A stretch of 64,000 bases of DNA, taken from assembly GCA_048940645.1 (NCBI GenBank), contig JBHLOI010000011.1, forward strand, positions 18,204 to 82,203. The letters run 5' to 3'. A program made the translations under genes and the position numbers. The stretch comes from Promethearchaeota archaeon (lineage in GTDB: Archaea; Asgardarchaeota; Lokiarchaeia; Sigyniarchaeales; SOKP01). Each line of letters begins with the position of its first letter. Position 1 is the first letter of the stretch. Under the pieces are notes generated by a model. That model had not been told where the DNA came from, did no database searches, and was given only the letters and a program-made list of their open reading frames with translations. Of this stretch, positions 1 to 10,093 are shown one piece after another.

Positions 1-444
1 TTTGAACCTTTACATTTATCATTTGCAGCACACTTTAAAAAAGAACTAGAACTTACAGAAAGGATTGATCCTTTCTGTGTAGATGAGGCTGTAAATGCTG
101 TTAAAAGAATTCAAGATGCATGTGAAGCATATGTGGCAACTGGTGGTTGTATATTTGGTTTTTGGTATGCGACTGAGATTTCTCCCTGGGTGAATGCGCT
201 AAATGCAATAACAGGACGATTATATACAGTTGAAGATTGGGTACAAATTGGTGAGAATCTATTCAATATGAAACGAGAATACAATTTACAATGTGGTATC
301 ACAAGTAAAGATGACTCTATAGGTTCAAGATTCTCTATTCCTATTCCAAAAGGGGGGACTAAGAAGAATGTACCTCCTTTAGAGGATATGGTGAAAAAAT
401 ATTATAAGATGCGGAACTGGGATTCCGAAGGAAAACCATTTTAA
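1..444 (+). CDS. aor: Aldehyde:ferredoxin oxidoreductase, C-terminal part (5' truncated by window)
   Basis: Frame open from base 1 (FEPLHLSF...). AOR C-terminal motifs GENLFNMKREYN...DD...RF and YY..RNWD..GKP. Confidence 0.85.
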   Translation, partial: FEPLHLSFAAHFKKELELTERIDPFCVDEAVNAVKRIQDACEAYVATGGCIFGFWYATEISPWVNALNAITGRLYTVEDWVQIGENLFNMKREYNLQCGITSKDDSIGSRFSIPIPKGGTKKNVPPLEDMVKKYYKMRNWDSEGKPF

Positions 445-478
445 ATTTTTCTTTTTTTTAAAAAATTGAGAATGCGCT

Positions 479-2461
479 TTATATTTTAACAAAAAGGTGT
501 AGAGCGGCCCCTACTCCAAGTGCATTTGATATTACCGCTGAAAAGAATAATTGAATAATATTAAATGAACTAAAAATCACAGCACCAAATGATTTGGTAT
601 ACTGAAATATAAGTGTATTTTGAATAACTACTATCAGTAATATTATGTAAGTAAAAAGCACAGAAGGGAAGAAAATCCAAGACCATGTTAAAGACATTAA
701 ATTTACTAGCACGTATATCGCTATGATGATAGTAACTTTAGATTTTAATCCTTCATTTTTAAGAAAATTTAATTGAGGGTAAACGACTTTTCTAAATAAA
801 ATTTCTATTGAAAAATAAATTGGAAACACTGTGACTGAACCTATAAGGAAGTTAATGTAATTAGAAGGCCACATAAAAGCAAATGGATAAGAATAAGAGA
901 AGATTAAATATAATATTATAAAATATAAGGAACATACTAAAGAATATAAAAAATATTTATATTTTACCTTGAACTTGAAAAGATTTTTGAAATCAGTCTT
1001 AATATCTTTTCTCTCTGTGCTTTTCAAATAAACTCTAAAACCTATAATCGTGAAGGTAATTGTTATTGCTGTTAAAATAATAAATACAATACTTATCGGT
1101 AAAATATAGGTGTGTATTGGATGAGTTGGAGAAAAAGAAAAGATAAAATAAATTGAAATAAAATAAATTGAGTATATTACCAATAAGATAAGAGTCCTTA
1201 AACTTACTTGAGTTGTAAGAAGTTCTTTAAGGTTGATTTTTCCCACATCTTTTTTATATTTTTTCAAATAAATAGCCGATTCAACTATCCCAAATAGCAA
1301 GATGATATTTAAGGAGGCGAGAAAAATACCTGGTAAACCAAATATCCTTTCAAATATCTCCCAATTTAATATGAATGCTGCCAAGAAGAAAATGATTTTT
1401 ATTACTCTGAAAACAATTTTAAGTTTGGATAACTTTTCTTCTACGCTAGGTTTGAATAGTCTACTTGCCATTTCTTTAGTTTCTGATTCGTGATTGGTTT
1501 GTTGATTTTTAGAGAAAAATTTTGCAGAATAGGAAATTAATAACAAGCATATTAAGAATAAAAGCCCTAGGGTGAAGATTATAACTATATAATTAACCAT
1601 AAAAGTAATTATAATAGGACCATTAATTGTTTCTGATCCAAAGAAATTTTCTTCAAACCAATTAATAGATTCAATGATTACAATATCATCAAGTAATTGA
1701 TGTCCTCCTCCTATTAGTGGATGCGTAATTTTAATTACTTCACATCCAGTTAAATTTTGAGCAACACCTGCCTGATTTTCGAAATTCAATAACTCATCAT
1801 GTTCATGCATAATTATGAGTAAATTATGAGTGTTTGTAGTATTCATAAGCTGAGCTGGTACATATTTGTTATAATCGCTTGTCTCAAATATCCCTACTTC
1901 TTGAGGATCAAAATTTACAAGTGGAGCCCATGCTACGGTAACATTGAAACGAAGATCTAAAGCTTGATTCATAAGTACAACCATGCCCCCTAAAGAATGT
2001 CCTATTAAACCAATCTGAGAAGAGTTGACATTAGCATAAAATGGTAAAGTCTCTAATTTGTTTAATAGGTTGGAGCAAGCTAGAGCTAAAGCAGGAATTC
2101 CACTCGGATCAATATCTGAAATACTTCCTCCACTTTCACCATGTCCATGGTAATCAAGTGCGGCGACATAAAAACCCCTTTTAGTGAACTCTATGGGAAC
2201 CCTTAAATCAAAATCTCTCTGACTCCCAAGTCCATGACAATAAATAAGTAATGGTCTATTATTTTGGAAGTCTAAAGTCTTTGAAGGGTAAAATAAATTG
2301 GCATATAATGTTGAACCACTGGATTGGAATTCTATTCTTTCATACTTAGAATAGCTCAGATTTTTATTAAAATGTAAATATATTAATAATCCTGTTAATA
2401 ATCCTATTAAAATTAAAATTCTCTTAAAAAATTTGATATCTTGTTTACTTATCTTATCCAT
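479..2461 (-). CDS. Alpha/beta hydrolase with N-terminal anchor and multi-TM C-terminal domain
   Basis: HGLG oxyanion motif, DYHGHGES, nucleophile elbow GHSLGG; about 10 hydrophobic helices C-terminally. Confidence 0.8.
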   Translation of the reverse strand: MDKISKQDIKFFKRILILIGLLTGLLIYLHFNKNLSYSKYERIEFQSSGSTLYANLFYPSKTLDFQNNRPLLIYCHGLGSQRDFDLRVPIEFTKRGFYVAALDYHGHGESGGSISDIDPSGIPALALACSNLLNKLETLPFYANVNSSQIGLIGHSLGGMVVLMNQALDLRFNVTVAWAPLVNFDPQEVGIFETSDYNKYVPAQLMNTTNTHNLLIIMHEHDELLNFENQAGVAQNLTGCEVIKITHPLIGGGHQLLDDIVIIESINWFEENFFGSETINGPIIITFMVNYIVIIFTLGLLFLICLLLISYSAKFFSKNQQTNHESETKEMASRLFKPSVEEKLSKLKIVFRVIKIIFFLAAFILNWEIFERIFGLPGIFLASLNIILLFGIVESAIYLKKYKKDVGKINLKELLTTQVSLRTLILLVIYSIYFISIYFIFSFSPTHPIHTYILPISIVFIILTAITITFTIIGFRVYLKSTERKDIKTDFKNLFKFKVKYKYFLYSLVCSLYFIILYLIFSYSYPFAFMWPSNYINFLIGSVTVFPIYFSIEILFRKVVYPQLNFLKNEGLKSKVTIIIAIYVLVNLMSLTWSWIFFPSVLFTYIILLIVVIQNTLIFQYTKSFGAVIFSSFNIIQLFFSAVISNALGVGAALHLFVKI

Positions 2462-2530
2462 CTTTATTTAATTTTAGATTTCAAAATATTTAATATTTTT
2501 AATTTCGTATGATAGAAATATGACGATTAG

Positions 2531-2546
2531 GGTAAAATTATTTAAA
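2531..2546 (+). promoter_or_regulatory. Canonical archaeal BRE-TATA candidate for Rab-like gene
   Basis: GGTAAAATTATTTAAA: purine-rich run followed by TATA-like box. Confidence 0.4.
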
Positions 2547-2621
2547 CTCCTCATTTTACTAACAATTTAAGAAAAAAAATAATTACTTTTCGATAAAGGT
2601 AGATTAAGCGTATCTTTTAAC

Positions 2622-3158
2622 ATGTCTGACGAAACAAAAAGACAATTAGTTTTTAAACTCGTTGTTCTAGGAGATAGTGCAGTAGGTAAAACCTCTCTAA
2701 TAAATCGATATGTAGAGCATACTTTTGAAAAAGACTACAAACCTTCATTAGGAGTTGACATAATAATTAAAGAATTAGATATAGAAGACTTGAACGCGAA
2801 GATTAGATTAATTCTTTGGGATATTGCAGGTCAAACTAAATATGATCTCTCGCGTAAATTGTTTTTCCAAGGATCTCAAGGTGCCTTATTAGTATATGAT
2901 ATAACTAGACCAAAAACATTTGAAAATATTGACAAAAAGTGGCTAAATGACCTTAAAAAATTTGGAAAAAAAGAACTTGTATATCTATTAATAGGCAATA
3001 AAAATGATTTAGAAGATTTAAGAAAAATACCCACAGATACAGGGATAGAATTAGCGAACAAATTAAAAGCTAGTGAATTCATTGAAACGAGTGCTAAGTC
3101 AGGTGAGAATGTTGAAAAAGCATTTGAGAATTTAGTTTATGCGCTCATGAAAAAATAA
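2622..3158 (+). CDS. Rab-like small GTPase (Asgard type, no C-terminal CaaX)
   Basis: G1 GDSAVGKT, G3 WDIAGQ, G4 NKND, G5 ETSAK. Confidence 0.95.
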   Translation: MSDETKRQLVFKLVVLGDSAVGKTSLINRYVEHTFEKDYKPSLGVDIIIKELDIEDLNAKIRLILWDIAGQTKYDLSRKLFFQGSQGALLVYDITRPKTFENIDKKWLNDLKKFGKKELVYLLIGNKNDLEDLRKIPTDTGIELANKLKASEFIETSAKSGENVEKAFENLVYALMKK

Positions 3159-3160
3159 AT

Positions 3161-3406
3161 CTATTTGATAAATTCCTTCATGACCATATGAGTGTTAGAT
3201 TCCTCAATTCCTTGAATCATATCAATTTTATCTGCAAAAATTTGATATAATTCCTCAGGTGTTTCTACAACTATTTCGGCTAAAACATCATAATCTCCCG
3301 TTAAAGACATAATTTTAGTGATCTGGGGAACTTTTTTTAATTCTTCAATTACCGGTTTTATTACACTTATCCCTAATTTACATAAAATAATTGCCTTGAT
3401 TGTCAT
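3161..3406 (-). CDS. Stand-alone Lrp/AsnC ligand-binding (RAM) domain protein
   Basis: 81 aa, LTGDYDVLAEI...I.GIEESNT pattern. Confidence 0.85.
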   Translation of the reverse strand: MTIKAIILCKLGISVIKPVIEELKKVPQITKIMSLTGDYDVLAEIVVETPEELYQIFADKIDMIQGIEESNTHMVMKEFIK

Positions 3407-3424
3407 AATTTTACTCCTCCTTTT

Positions 3425-4747
3425 TTATTCAATTGATATTTTTTGAATTTTATTGATAAATAAAATATCAATATTTTCAATTTCTTTTAATGGTTTTAAT
3501 CGTCTATTTACAAGATTATAGAAATCTTTAATAGAAGTTATTTTTACATCTAAAAATAAATCATGTTTTCCAATTAAAGCGGAAATCGATGTCACCCCAT
3601 AATACTTAAACACTCTTATCGCAACCTTTTTAATTGAACCTTTTTTTATTTTTAGTAGTAAGACGGCATGAACCAAATTTTTTACCTCATGAGAGTATCT
3701 AAGAATAAAAGTAAATGCTAGTAGAAAAATTACTATTATCAATAATTCATAAGGAAAATATTCATTTACAAAGATGACAGCAAAAATAATAGAGCCCATA
3801 GGATCAATTAAATTTAAAATACTGCTCCATTGACTATAAGTTAAATTTTGAGATTTCCAATTAACATTAGCAATAAAGACGAAGAGGTATGGGATAATTG
3901 TTGAAAAGATTATTAAAAAAATAATCTCCCATCTACCTAGAATGAGTAAAAGAATCCTAAATTGGCAAAAGAAAGTAGATACTTCATAAGTCAGATCAGT
4001 TTCTACAGGTAAGAAATATATGATGAATGCAAGTGGTATCATACAAACTACTCCTAATAAAAATGAAATTGCCATTTTAATGAGAAATCGAGGTATTTTA
4101 TAATCCTTATTTTTATTAATAATGCTAATTTCTTCCGTTGAATACGCATCTCTGTTAATAACTATATAAAGAAAAGAAATGGAAATACTAAAAATTAGTA
4201 AATAAATTATCCCATTTAACATGATAGGTTTCCCTTTTAATGTAGCTCCGGTATTTCCCACAAATATTAATATTATGATTGAAAATACTAAAATTAATAT
4301 ATACAATACCTTGAATATGTCAAATTTCTCAAAATTTACCCCCTTTTCATAGAATGCAATGAAAATTACACTTAAAAGAAACCCAATCATCGTAAATGTA
4401 ATTGAAGTAGTTTTTAACGTTAAAAAGAAAAATATAATGTTTAGAATTACTCCAAAAAATCCTAAATAAAGGTAATATGATATGTTTTTTATGTCAAAAA
4501 ATCTTCTGTTCTTATGAAATAGATTTTCAAATAGAAATCTAACTGAAATTGATCTCCTTTGTGTAAATCTATTGTTAATTAATACTAGAATTAGAGCTAG
4601 AATTAATAATACAAATCCGGAAATCAGAAATCTCAAAAATATAACCATAATAATTGAAACTTCTATGAATAAATCAGATACTATTATTGGAATAAAGCTC
4701 CATAATAGATTTGCCAAAATTATATTGATAATTAGCTTGTTTTGCAT
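3425..4747 (-). CDS. DMT/EamA-like transporter fused to C-terminal Lrp/AsnC ligand-binding domain
   Basis: About 10 TMs with LLWSF...FLRF and LIDP motifs; tail ALIGKHDLFLDVK...IENIDIL resembles a RAM domain. Confidence 0.7.
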   Translation of the reverse strand: MQNKLIINIILANLLWSFIPIIVSDLFIEVSIIMVIFLRFLISGFVLLILALILVLINNRFTQRRSISVRFLFENLFHKNRRFFDIKNISYYLYLGFFGVILNIIFFFLTLKTTSITFTMIGFLLSVIFIAFYEKGVNFEKFDIFKVLYILILVFSIIILIFVGNTGATLKGKPIMLNGIIYLLIFSISISFLYIVINRDAYSTEEISIINKNKDYKIPRFLIKMAISFLLGVVCMIPLAFIIYFLPVETDLTYEVSTFFCQFRILLLILGRWEIIFLIIFSTIIPYLFVFIANVNWKSQNLTYSQWSSILNLIDPMGSIIFAVIFVNEYFPYELLIIVIFLLAFTFILRYSHEVKNLVHAVLLLKIKKGSIKKVAIRVFKYYGVTSISALIGKHDLFLDVKITSIKDFYNLVNRRLKPLKEIENIDILFINKIQKISIE

Positions 4748-4897
4748 TATTTCAAATAAATTTTTAGAGTCAACATTTTAGATGTAATAAATAAAGATCA
4801 TAGAATTTCCTATAATTTGAATATTTTTGTTAAACATAAATCTACTAAAACTAGTGTCATTCCCATCTATTTCCCAACTCTCTTTAGAGTAAAAAAT

Positions 4898-4910
4898 CGA
4901 AAACTTTAAT
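4898..4910 (+). promoter_or_regulatory. Canonical BRE-TATA candidate for rocD
   Basis: CGAAAA-CTTTAAT matches a purine-rich BRE plus TATA. Confidence 0.45.
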
Positions 4911-4967
4911 CTTAAATAAGATTTTTAATTTAATGAATTTCTAATAAAAATAGATGTGTGAAATTTT

Positions 4968-6227
4968 ATGCCAAGTTCGAAAGAATTTATCGAAATGGAC
5001 CACGAATATTGTGCTCACAATTATCATCCAATTCCTGTTGTAATAACGAAAGCAGAGGGGGTTTGGGTATACGATCCGGAGGGTAATAAATATTTGGATT
5101 GTTTATCTGCCTATTCAAGCCAAAATACTGGACATTGTCATCCTGAAGTCATAAAAGCCTTAAAAGAACAAGCTGATAAAGTTACGCTTACTTCTCGTGC
5201 ATTTCATAATGATATGATGGGACCATTTTTAAAGAAACTATGTGAGATTGTAGGGCCTCATATTAATGACCCAAATATATCTGGAATTATGGCATTACCA
5301 ATGAATACTGGCACTGAAGCAGTAGAAACAGGTCTAAAAGTTGCCAGAGCATGGGGATATATCAAGAAAAAAATCCCAAAAGATCAAGCCCAGATTATAA
5401 TCTGTAGAGATAATTTTCATGGGAGAACGATTACAATTGTTGGTTTTAGTACTGATATTTCTGCTGTAAAATATTATGGAAACTTCGGACCTTATACACC
5501 AGGATTCACGATCATTCCCTATGGAGATGCTGATGAATTGGAAAATATTATATTAGAAATAGGTCCAGAACGAGTGGCTGGTTTTCTCTTTGAACCTGTA
5601 CAAGGAGAAGCTGGTGTTAAAGTTCCTCCAGAGGGATATATTAAAAAAGTAAGAGAAATCTGCAGTAAACATAATGTTTTAATGATCGCGGATGAAATTC
5701 AAACTGGTTTTGGCAGAACTGGAGAGCTATTTGCATGTGATCATGAGAATGTAAAACCAGATATGCTTTTATTAGGAAAAGCTCTTGGAGGTGGTGTATA
5801 TCCTGTATCTGGAATAGTAACAACTAAAGAGATTGTTGGACCTGACGTAATTAAACCAGGAACCCATGGAAGTACGTTTGGAGGTAATCCTTTAGCATCT
5901 GCTGTTGCTATGAAATCTTTAGATATTCACATAGAAGATCACTTAGCAGAACGCGCTAAACAACTTGGTGCTTATTTTATAGATGGACTTAAAAAAATCG
6001 CAGAAAAAGAAACAATTGTACCTATAAAAGAAATAAGAGGTAAAGGATTACTAATGGCAATAGAATTTTCAACAGAAGCGAGACATATTGTAGAAATGCT
6101 AAAAGATAATGGAATTTTAGCTAAAGATACGCACTCTACTACCATACGCTTTGCTCCACCTTTAATTATTACGAAAGAACAAGTAGATTGGGCTTTAAAA
6201 GTCGTAGAAAAAGTACTTGTAAGATAA
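4968..6227 (+). CDS. rocD: Ornithine--oxo-acid aminotransferase
   Basis: AHNYHP, LTSRAFHN, EPVQGEAG, DEIQTGFGRTG, PLP lysine in LGKALGGG, HGSTFGGNPLA. Confidence 0.93.
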   Translation: MPSSKEFIEMDHEYCAHNYHPIPVVITKAEGVWVYDPEGNKYLDCLSAYSSQNTGHCHPEVIKALKEQADKVTLTSRAFHNDMMGPFLKKLCEIVGPHINDPNISGIMALPMNTGTEAVETGLKVARAWGYIKKKIPKDQAQIIICRDNFHGRTITIVGFSTDISAVKYYGNFGPYTPGFTIIPYGDADELENIILEIGPERVAGFLFEPVQGEAGVKVPPEGYIKKVREICSKHNVLMIADEIQTGFGRTGELFACDHENVKPDMLLLGKALGGGVYPVSGIVTTKEIVGPDVIKPGTHGSTFGGNPLASAVAMKSLDIHIEDHLAERAKQLGAYFIDGLKKIAEKETIVPIKEIRGKGLLMAIEFSTEARHIVEMLKDNGILAKDTHSTTIRFAPPLIITKEQVDWALKVVEKVLVR

Positions 6228-6301
6228 AAAATCCGCTTACACACTATTTAAAATTTCCAAAAAAAAAAGATTTAAATAATTATAATGTTCTAAAATTTAA
6301 A

Positions 6302-8767
6302 TTAAAGATAATATATAAGATATTTCATAGACTCTGCTATACTCCTAATTTCCCAGTAATCATATCGCATTGGCTTGTATGTCCAAGTTTCATACAACAT
6401 TAATTGATCATAAGCATGAGGGCTCAGCTCCATGTATCCATTTATGAATCCACTTTGACCTGGTGGAATAACATTCATTGCATTAACCGTATCATCATAA
6501 ACTGACCAACCTCTTGTTTTTATCATTTCTACAACTTGGTTGTATGTTCCACGATTCATAGAATGCATTACAGGGGACGGTAATGCTCCCTGCGCTCCAA
6601 ACCATGTTTTCATAACTGGTGTAAGCCATGTATCCATATCAGGTCCACGTTCACCTATTAAATATGTGAGTGCATCCTTTAATACTTGATTAATGACGTC
6701 ATTTTTATCTTCGCCATTGAGATAATCATAATATAAAGGTAATTTTGAAGCAGGGCCATCAAATACGTGGATCAATTCACTAGTTCCTCTCCCCACTCCT
6801 GCGGGAAGGTCATCATCAAACACAGCGTTATCAATTCTTCTATACCACTCATCAAAGATTGTTAAGCCAGGATCGTCATAAGTAGCGGCAGGATCGGGAT
6901 AGCGTGGTAATTCAATATCATTATAATGATGATTCCATGCTTCTAAATAGGGTAATGCTGCTTGAATATCTGGATCAACAGAACTACTGGCAGCTGCTAT
7001 TAAATCATCTAATAAACTCATCGCTGGAATATGGTTATAGCCAGCATCCATATTAATGCCATTCATATCCTCGTATGTATGTTTATCCTTCATACTTAAG
7101 AGATCCTGTATTCGTTTAACACGATGTCCTTCACCCCAATCAACTTCTGCATAAGGCCAATTAGCTATTGGTTTATTATTCCAATTAGCAAGAAAACCTT
7201 CTTCAGGGTTAAGGCATTTTGGCATATCAGCGAACCCCCCTATACGTACCCATTCTTCTTCTCCAGTACCCCATAATGGAAATCTATCATCGATAATTCT
7301 TCCATCTTTACCTGTTACAGGCTTTATAGGGAAGTATCCAGAATGGCAATATGCTATATTTCCATATCTATCTGCCCAATAGAAGTTATGATTTGGTTGG
7401 ACCGTAGCACAAGCATCAAAAAAGTCCCAATGTGTTCGTGCTTGTTGAAAAAGAAGCCATCCCTCTTCAGCCTCAAGATCGTTTAAGTAATAAGGAGTTT
7501 TCATGGTGAAAGCTAAATGGTTATCTTCATCCTCCCCAATAATAGGCCCATGAATGGTACGTCTAATATCAAAATCTACGTAAGTCGCTTTTCCAGGGCC
7601 ATAAATTCTTTCGGTTCTTACATCCATATCCTCCCATACACCGTTATACAAATATTGGTTATGATTGTTAGGATTTAGAACTTCAATGTAAGTATCCATT
7701 ACATCTGAATTGCCAGTCGTAGAAGTCCAAGCTCCATGAGTGCTTACTCCAATCAGTATACAAGGAACCATAGGCATCATCATGCCAACAGCATTAATTC
7801 CAGCTCCGTGTAACCCTACTTCCATAACAATTTGAGGAATTGAGTGTCCCATTTGAGGCCCTCCTACTTGAAGCGCATTTCCCGATTCAGACTTAATTGG
7901 ACTAACTATCCACGCATTGCTTCCAAATGTAGTAGGTAATCCTAAAGATTCGAAGAGTTCAGTTTGTCCCATTTGAGCTTCCTCATAATTACTCCATACT
8001 TCATTTATATTGCTTGAAGCCTCAAGAATGCTACTAACATCATTTAAATCACCAGCAAACCAATTTACCTCTCCCATACACTCGCCTCTGATTGATGTTT
8101 CCGACCCAGGATCGTTTTGTGGGTATAGATCATTAAAGATACCCCATGCATCCTCTGGTCCATATCGGTTCATCAATGACTCTAACGCTGCAGCATACCC
8201 AAGCTCACCACCTCCACAACCTCCAAATCTCCATGCCATCATAGACATGATAGCTACACTATCTTCAATTGTCCAAGGTTCAGGAAGGAATCCAAATGCT
8301 AAATATTCAAGAGGTATCTTTGAAAGATCTCCCATCATAAGAGCCTGCAAAGCTTCATTGATATATGCATTCATCCCATCAACAAATGCTAATAACATCT
8401 CTTTAAGTTTTGCTTGTGGTTTAGTTGGAACCCATTTATTAAAAATTTCTAATAATTCTGCTCTACTATATCCTAGTTTTCTGGTCTGTAAATCCTGTTC
8501 TATTGTAGCTAAACCGAGTTCTGCAAGGCTTCCAAAAGCATTATGTCTATAAAGTTCTGCCTGCCACAGTCTATCTTGTGCCGTTATGTATCCGCATCCA
8601 AAACCCAATCCTTCTTTTGTTCTTGCGAAGACATGAGGGACGCCATAATTATCTCTTATAATTGTGATTCTATCATAACTATAAGGATATGGTTTAACAG
8701 GAGTTATTGATAAAATTGTGGTTAGAATCAATATTGATAATAAATATGCTAATTTCTTTTTATCCAT
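6302..8767 (-). CDS. Penicillin acylase family Ntn-hydrolase, secreted
   Basis: Signal peptide; RDNYGVPHV, AQDRLWQ, beta-chain start GSNAW, NWNNKP. Confidence 0.9.
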   Translation of the reverse strand: MDKKKLAYLLSILILTTILSITPVKPYPYSYDRITIIRDNYGVPHVFARTKEGLGFGCGYITAQDRLWQAELYRHNAFGSLAELGLATIEQDLQTRKLGYSRAELLEIFNKWVPTKPQAKLKEMLLAFVDGMNAYINEALQALMMGDLSKIPLEYLAFGFLPEPWTIEDSVAIMSMMAWRFGGCGGGELGYAAALESLMNRYGPEDAWGIFNDLYPQNDPGSETSIRGECMGEVNWFAGDLNDVSSILEASSNINEVWSNYEEAQMGQTELFESLGLPTTFGSNAWIVSPIKSESGNALQVGGPQMGHSIPQIVMEVGLHGAGINAVGMMMPMVPCILIGVSTHGAWTSTTGNSDVMDTYIEVLNPNNHNQYLYNGVWEDMDVRTERIYGPGKATYVDFDIRRTIHGPIIGEDEDNHLAFTMKTPYYLNDLEAEEGWLLFQQARTHWDFFDACATVQPNHNFYWADRYGNIAYCHSGYFPIKPVTGKDGRIIDDRFPLWGTGEEEWVRIGGFADMPKCLNPEEGFLANWNNKPIANWPYAEVDWGEGHRVKRIQDLLSMKDKHTYEDMNGINMDAGYNHIPAMSLLDDLIAAASSSVDPDIQAALPYLEAWNHHYNDIELPRYPDPAATYDDPGLTIFDEWYRRIDNAVFDDDLPAGVGRGTSELIHVFDGPASKLPLYYDYLNGEDKNDVINQVLKDALTYLIGERGPDMDTWLTPVMKTWFGAQGALPSPVMHSMNRGTYNQVVEMIKTRGWSVYDDTVNAMNVIPPGQSGFINGYMELSPHAYDQLMLYETWTYKPMRYDYWEIRSIAESMKYLIYYL

Positions 8768-8844
8768 TTAAAAATTTCACTTTTTTATTTTTTGTTTTTT
8801 CTTTTTATTAAATTCAGATTTCACGAACAAGTTTGTCGATTAAA

Positions 8845-8860
8845 TATTTAAACTTTACTC
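8845..8860 (-). promoter_or_regulatory. Canonical BRE-TATA candidate for penicillin acylase gene
   Basis: Minus strand GAGTAAAG-TTTAAATA. Confidence 0.45.
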
Positions 8861-8964
8861 TTAGAAGCTTTGCGTCAAAAAAATGAAAAAATTTAGTGTT
8901 TTTATCACACTAAATTACTTTTTTGGTAATATAATAGAAATTTTTATCCCAAAAAGTAAAAAGA

Positions 8965-9870
8965 TTAAATATAGAAATGCGTGCCAGCCTCTCCTTCTAA
9001 TGCTGCTTTAATTTTTTCAATGGACGTTATAATTGCTTGTTCACCTCCACTTTCTAAGAAATTAATTAACGCCTGAACTTTCGGACCCATACTACCTGGA
9101 GGAAAATGTCCTTCTTTCATATATTTTTTAGCTTCCATGATTGATAGTTTATCGAGATATTGAAAATCTATTGTCCCATAGTTTAACGCAACTTTTTCCA
9201 CATCCGTGGCGATTAATAAGATATCTGCACCAATTTGTTCAGCTAATTTGGAACTTGCTAAATCTTTATCAATCACAGCCTCTACACCATTAAAACGATT
9301 ACCTTCTTTGACAACTGGTATTCCCCCGCCTCCACAAGCAATAACAATAAAATTTTCTTCCATTAATTTTTTGATTTCTCTTCGTTGTACAATCCTTATT
9401 GGTTTTGGGGAGGGTACTACACGTCTCCAACCTTTTGAAGTTTTTACAAAACCAGGTTTTTTACGTTTGTATATTGGGCCAATTGGTTTAGTTGGACGTT
9501 TAAATGCGCGATCATTTGGATCAACTTCTACATATGTCAAAACTGTTAAAAAATATTTTTCAACATCCATTCCTAAATGCATAAGTTCTTCATCTAATGT
9601 AGATTCGATAAGAAATCCAATTTGTCCTTGGGTTTCTGCGACTAAAATCTCTAAAGGCATTTTAGATACTTCAGATGTAGCTTCTTGTTGAAGCAGAAGT
9701 GCGCCAACTTGTGGGCCATTCCCATGCGTTATTATTATATTATATTCCTTTGACAATTCAGCAATTTGTTTAATAGGAGCTTTTAGATTATTTAGCATCT
9801 GTTCTGCAGTTCCTATCTCCCCCGGCTTAATAAGAGCATTTCCTCCAAGGGCAACTATTAAAGTTTTCAT
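8965..9870 (-). CDS. arcC: Carbamate kinase
   Basis: ALGGNAL, THGNGPQVG, PTKPIGP, WRRVVPSP, GGGGIPV, VIDKD, GSMGPK. Confidence 0.95.
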   Translation of the reverse strand: MKTLIVALGGNALIKPGEIGTAEQMLNNLKAPIKQIAELSKEYNIIITHGNGPQVGALLLQQEATSEVSKMPLEILVAETQGQIGFLIESTLDEELMHLGMDVEKYFLTVLTYVEVDPNDRAFKRPTKPIGPIYKRKKPGFVKTSKGWRRVVPSPKPIRIVQRREIKKLMEENFIVIACGGGGIPVVKEGNRFNGVEAVIDKDLASSKLAEQIGADILLIATDVEKVALNYGTIDFQYLDKLSIMEAKKYMKEGHFPPGSMGPKVQALINFLESGGEQAIITSIEKIKAALEGEAGTHFYI

Positions 9871-10033
9871 CGCATATGGGTACTGAAGAATTTAAAATTT
9901 AATTACAGATATTATATTTTACTGTCCAAAAAAATAATTTAGTCTTTAAGTTTTTAAAAATTTTATGATTCTGAAGAGTATAAAATTCCCTCATTCCTTT
10001 TATAAATCCTTCTCCTCATTCTCATCATCCCAA

Positions 10034-10048
10034 TTTTTTCTTTAAATA
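10034..10048 (+). promoter_or_regulatory. T6C-TATA element
   Basis: TTTTTTCTTTAAATA in a divergent intergenic region, 53-62 nt before the 10094/10103 start. Confidence 0.7.
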
Positions 10049-10093
10049 TCCTCATAACTTCACATTATTTATCATAAAAAGTACAAATTTGAG

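Noticed and set aside
880-1290. Approximately 80 aa internal duplication in the hydrolase membrane domain (YLKK...YSIYFISIYFIFSFS / YLKS...CSLYFIILYLIFSYS)
   Set aside because: Probably real but a local duplication in low-complexity TM sequence with no evident functional implication.
8010-8552. Antisense or nested ORFs in the track (e.g. 8010, 9206, 13870, 19173, 27915, 40704, 42797, 58871, 61357)
   Set aside because: They overlap well-supported genes on the opposite strand or in another frame and show no motifs.
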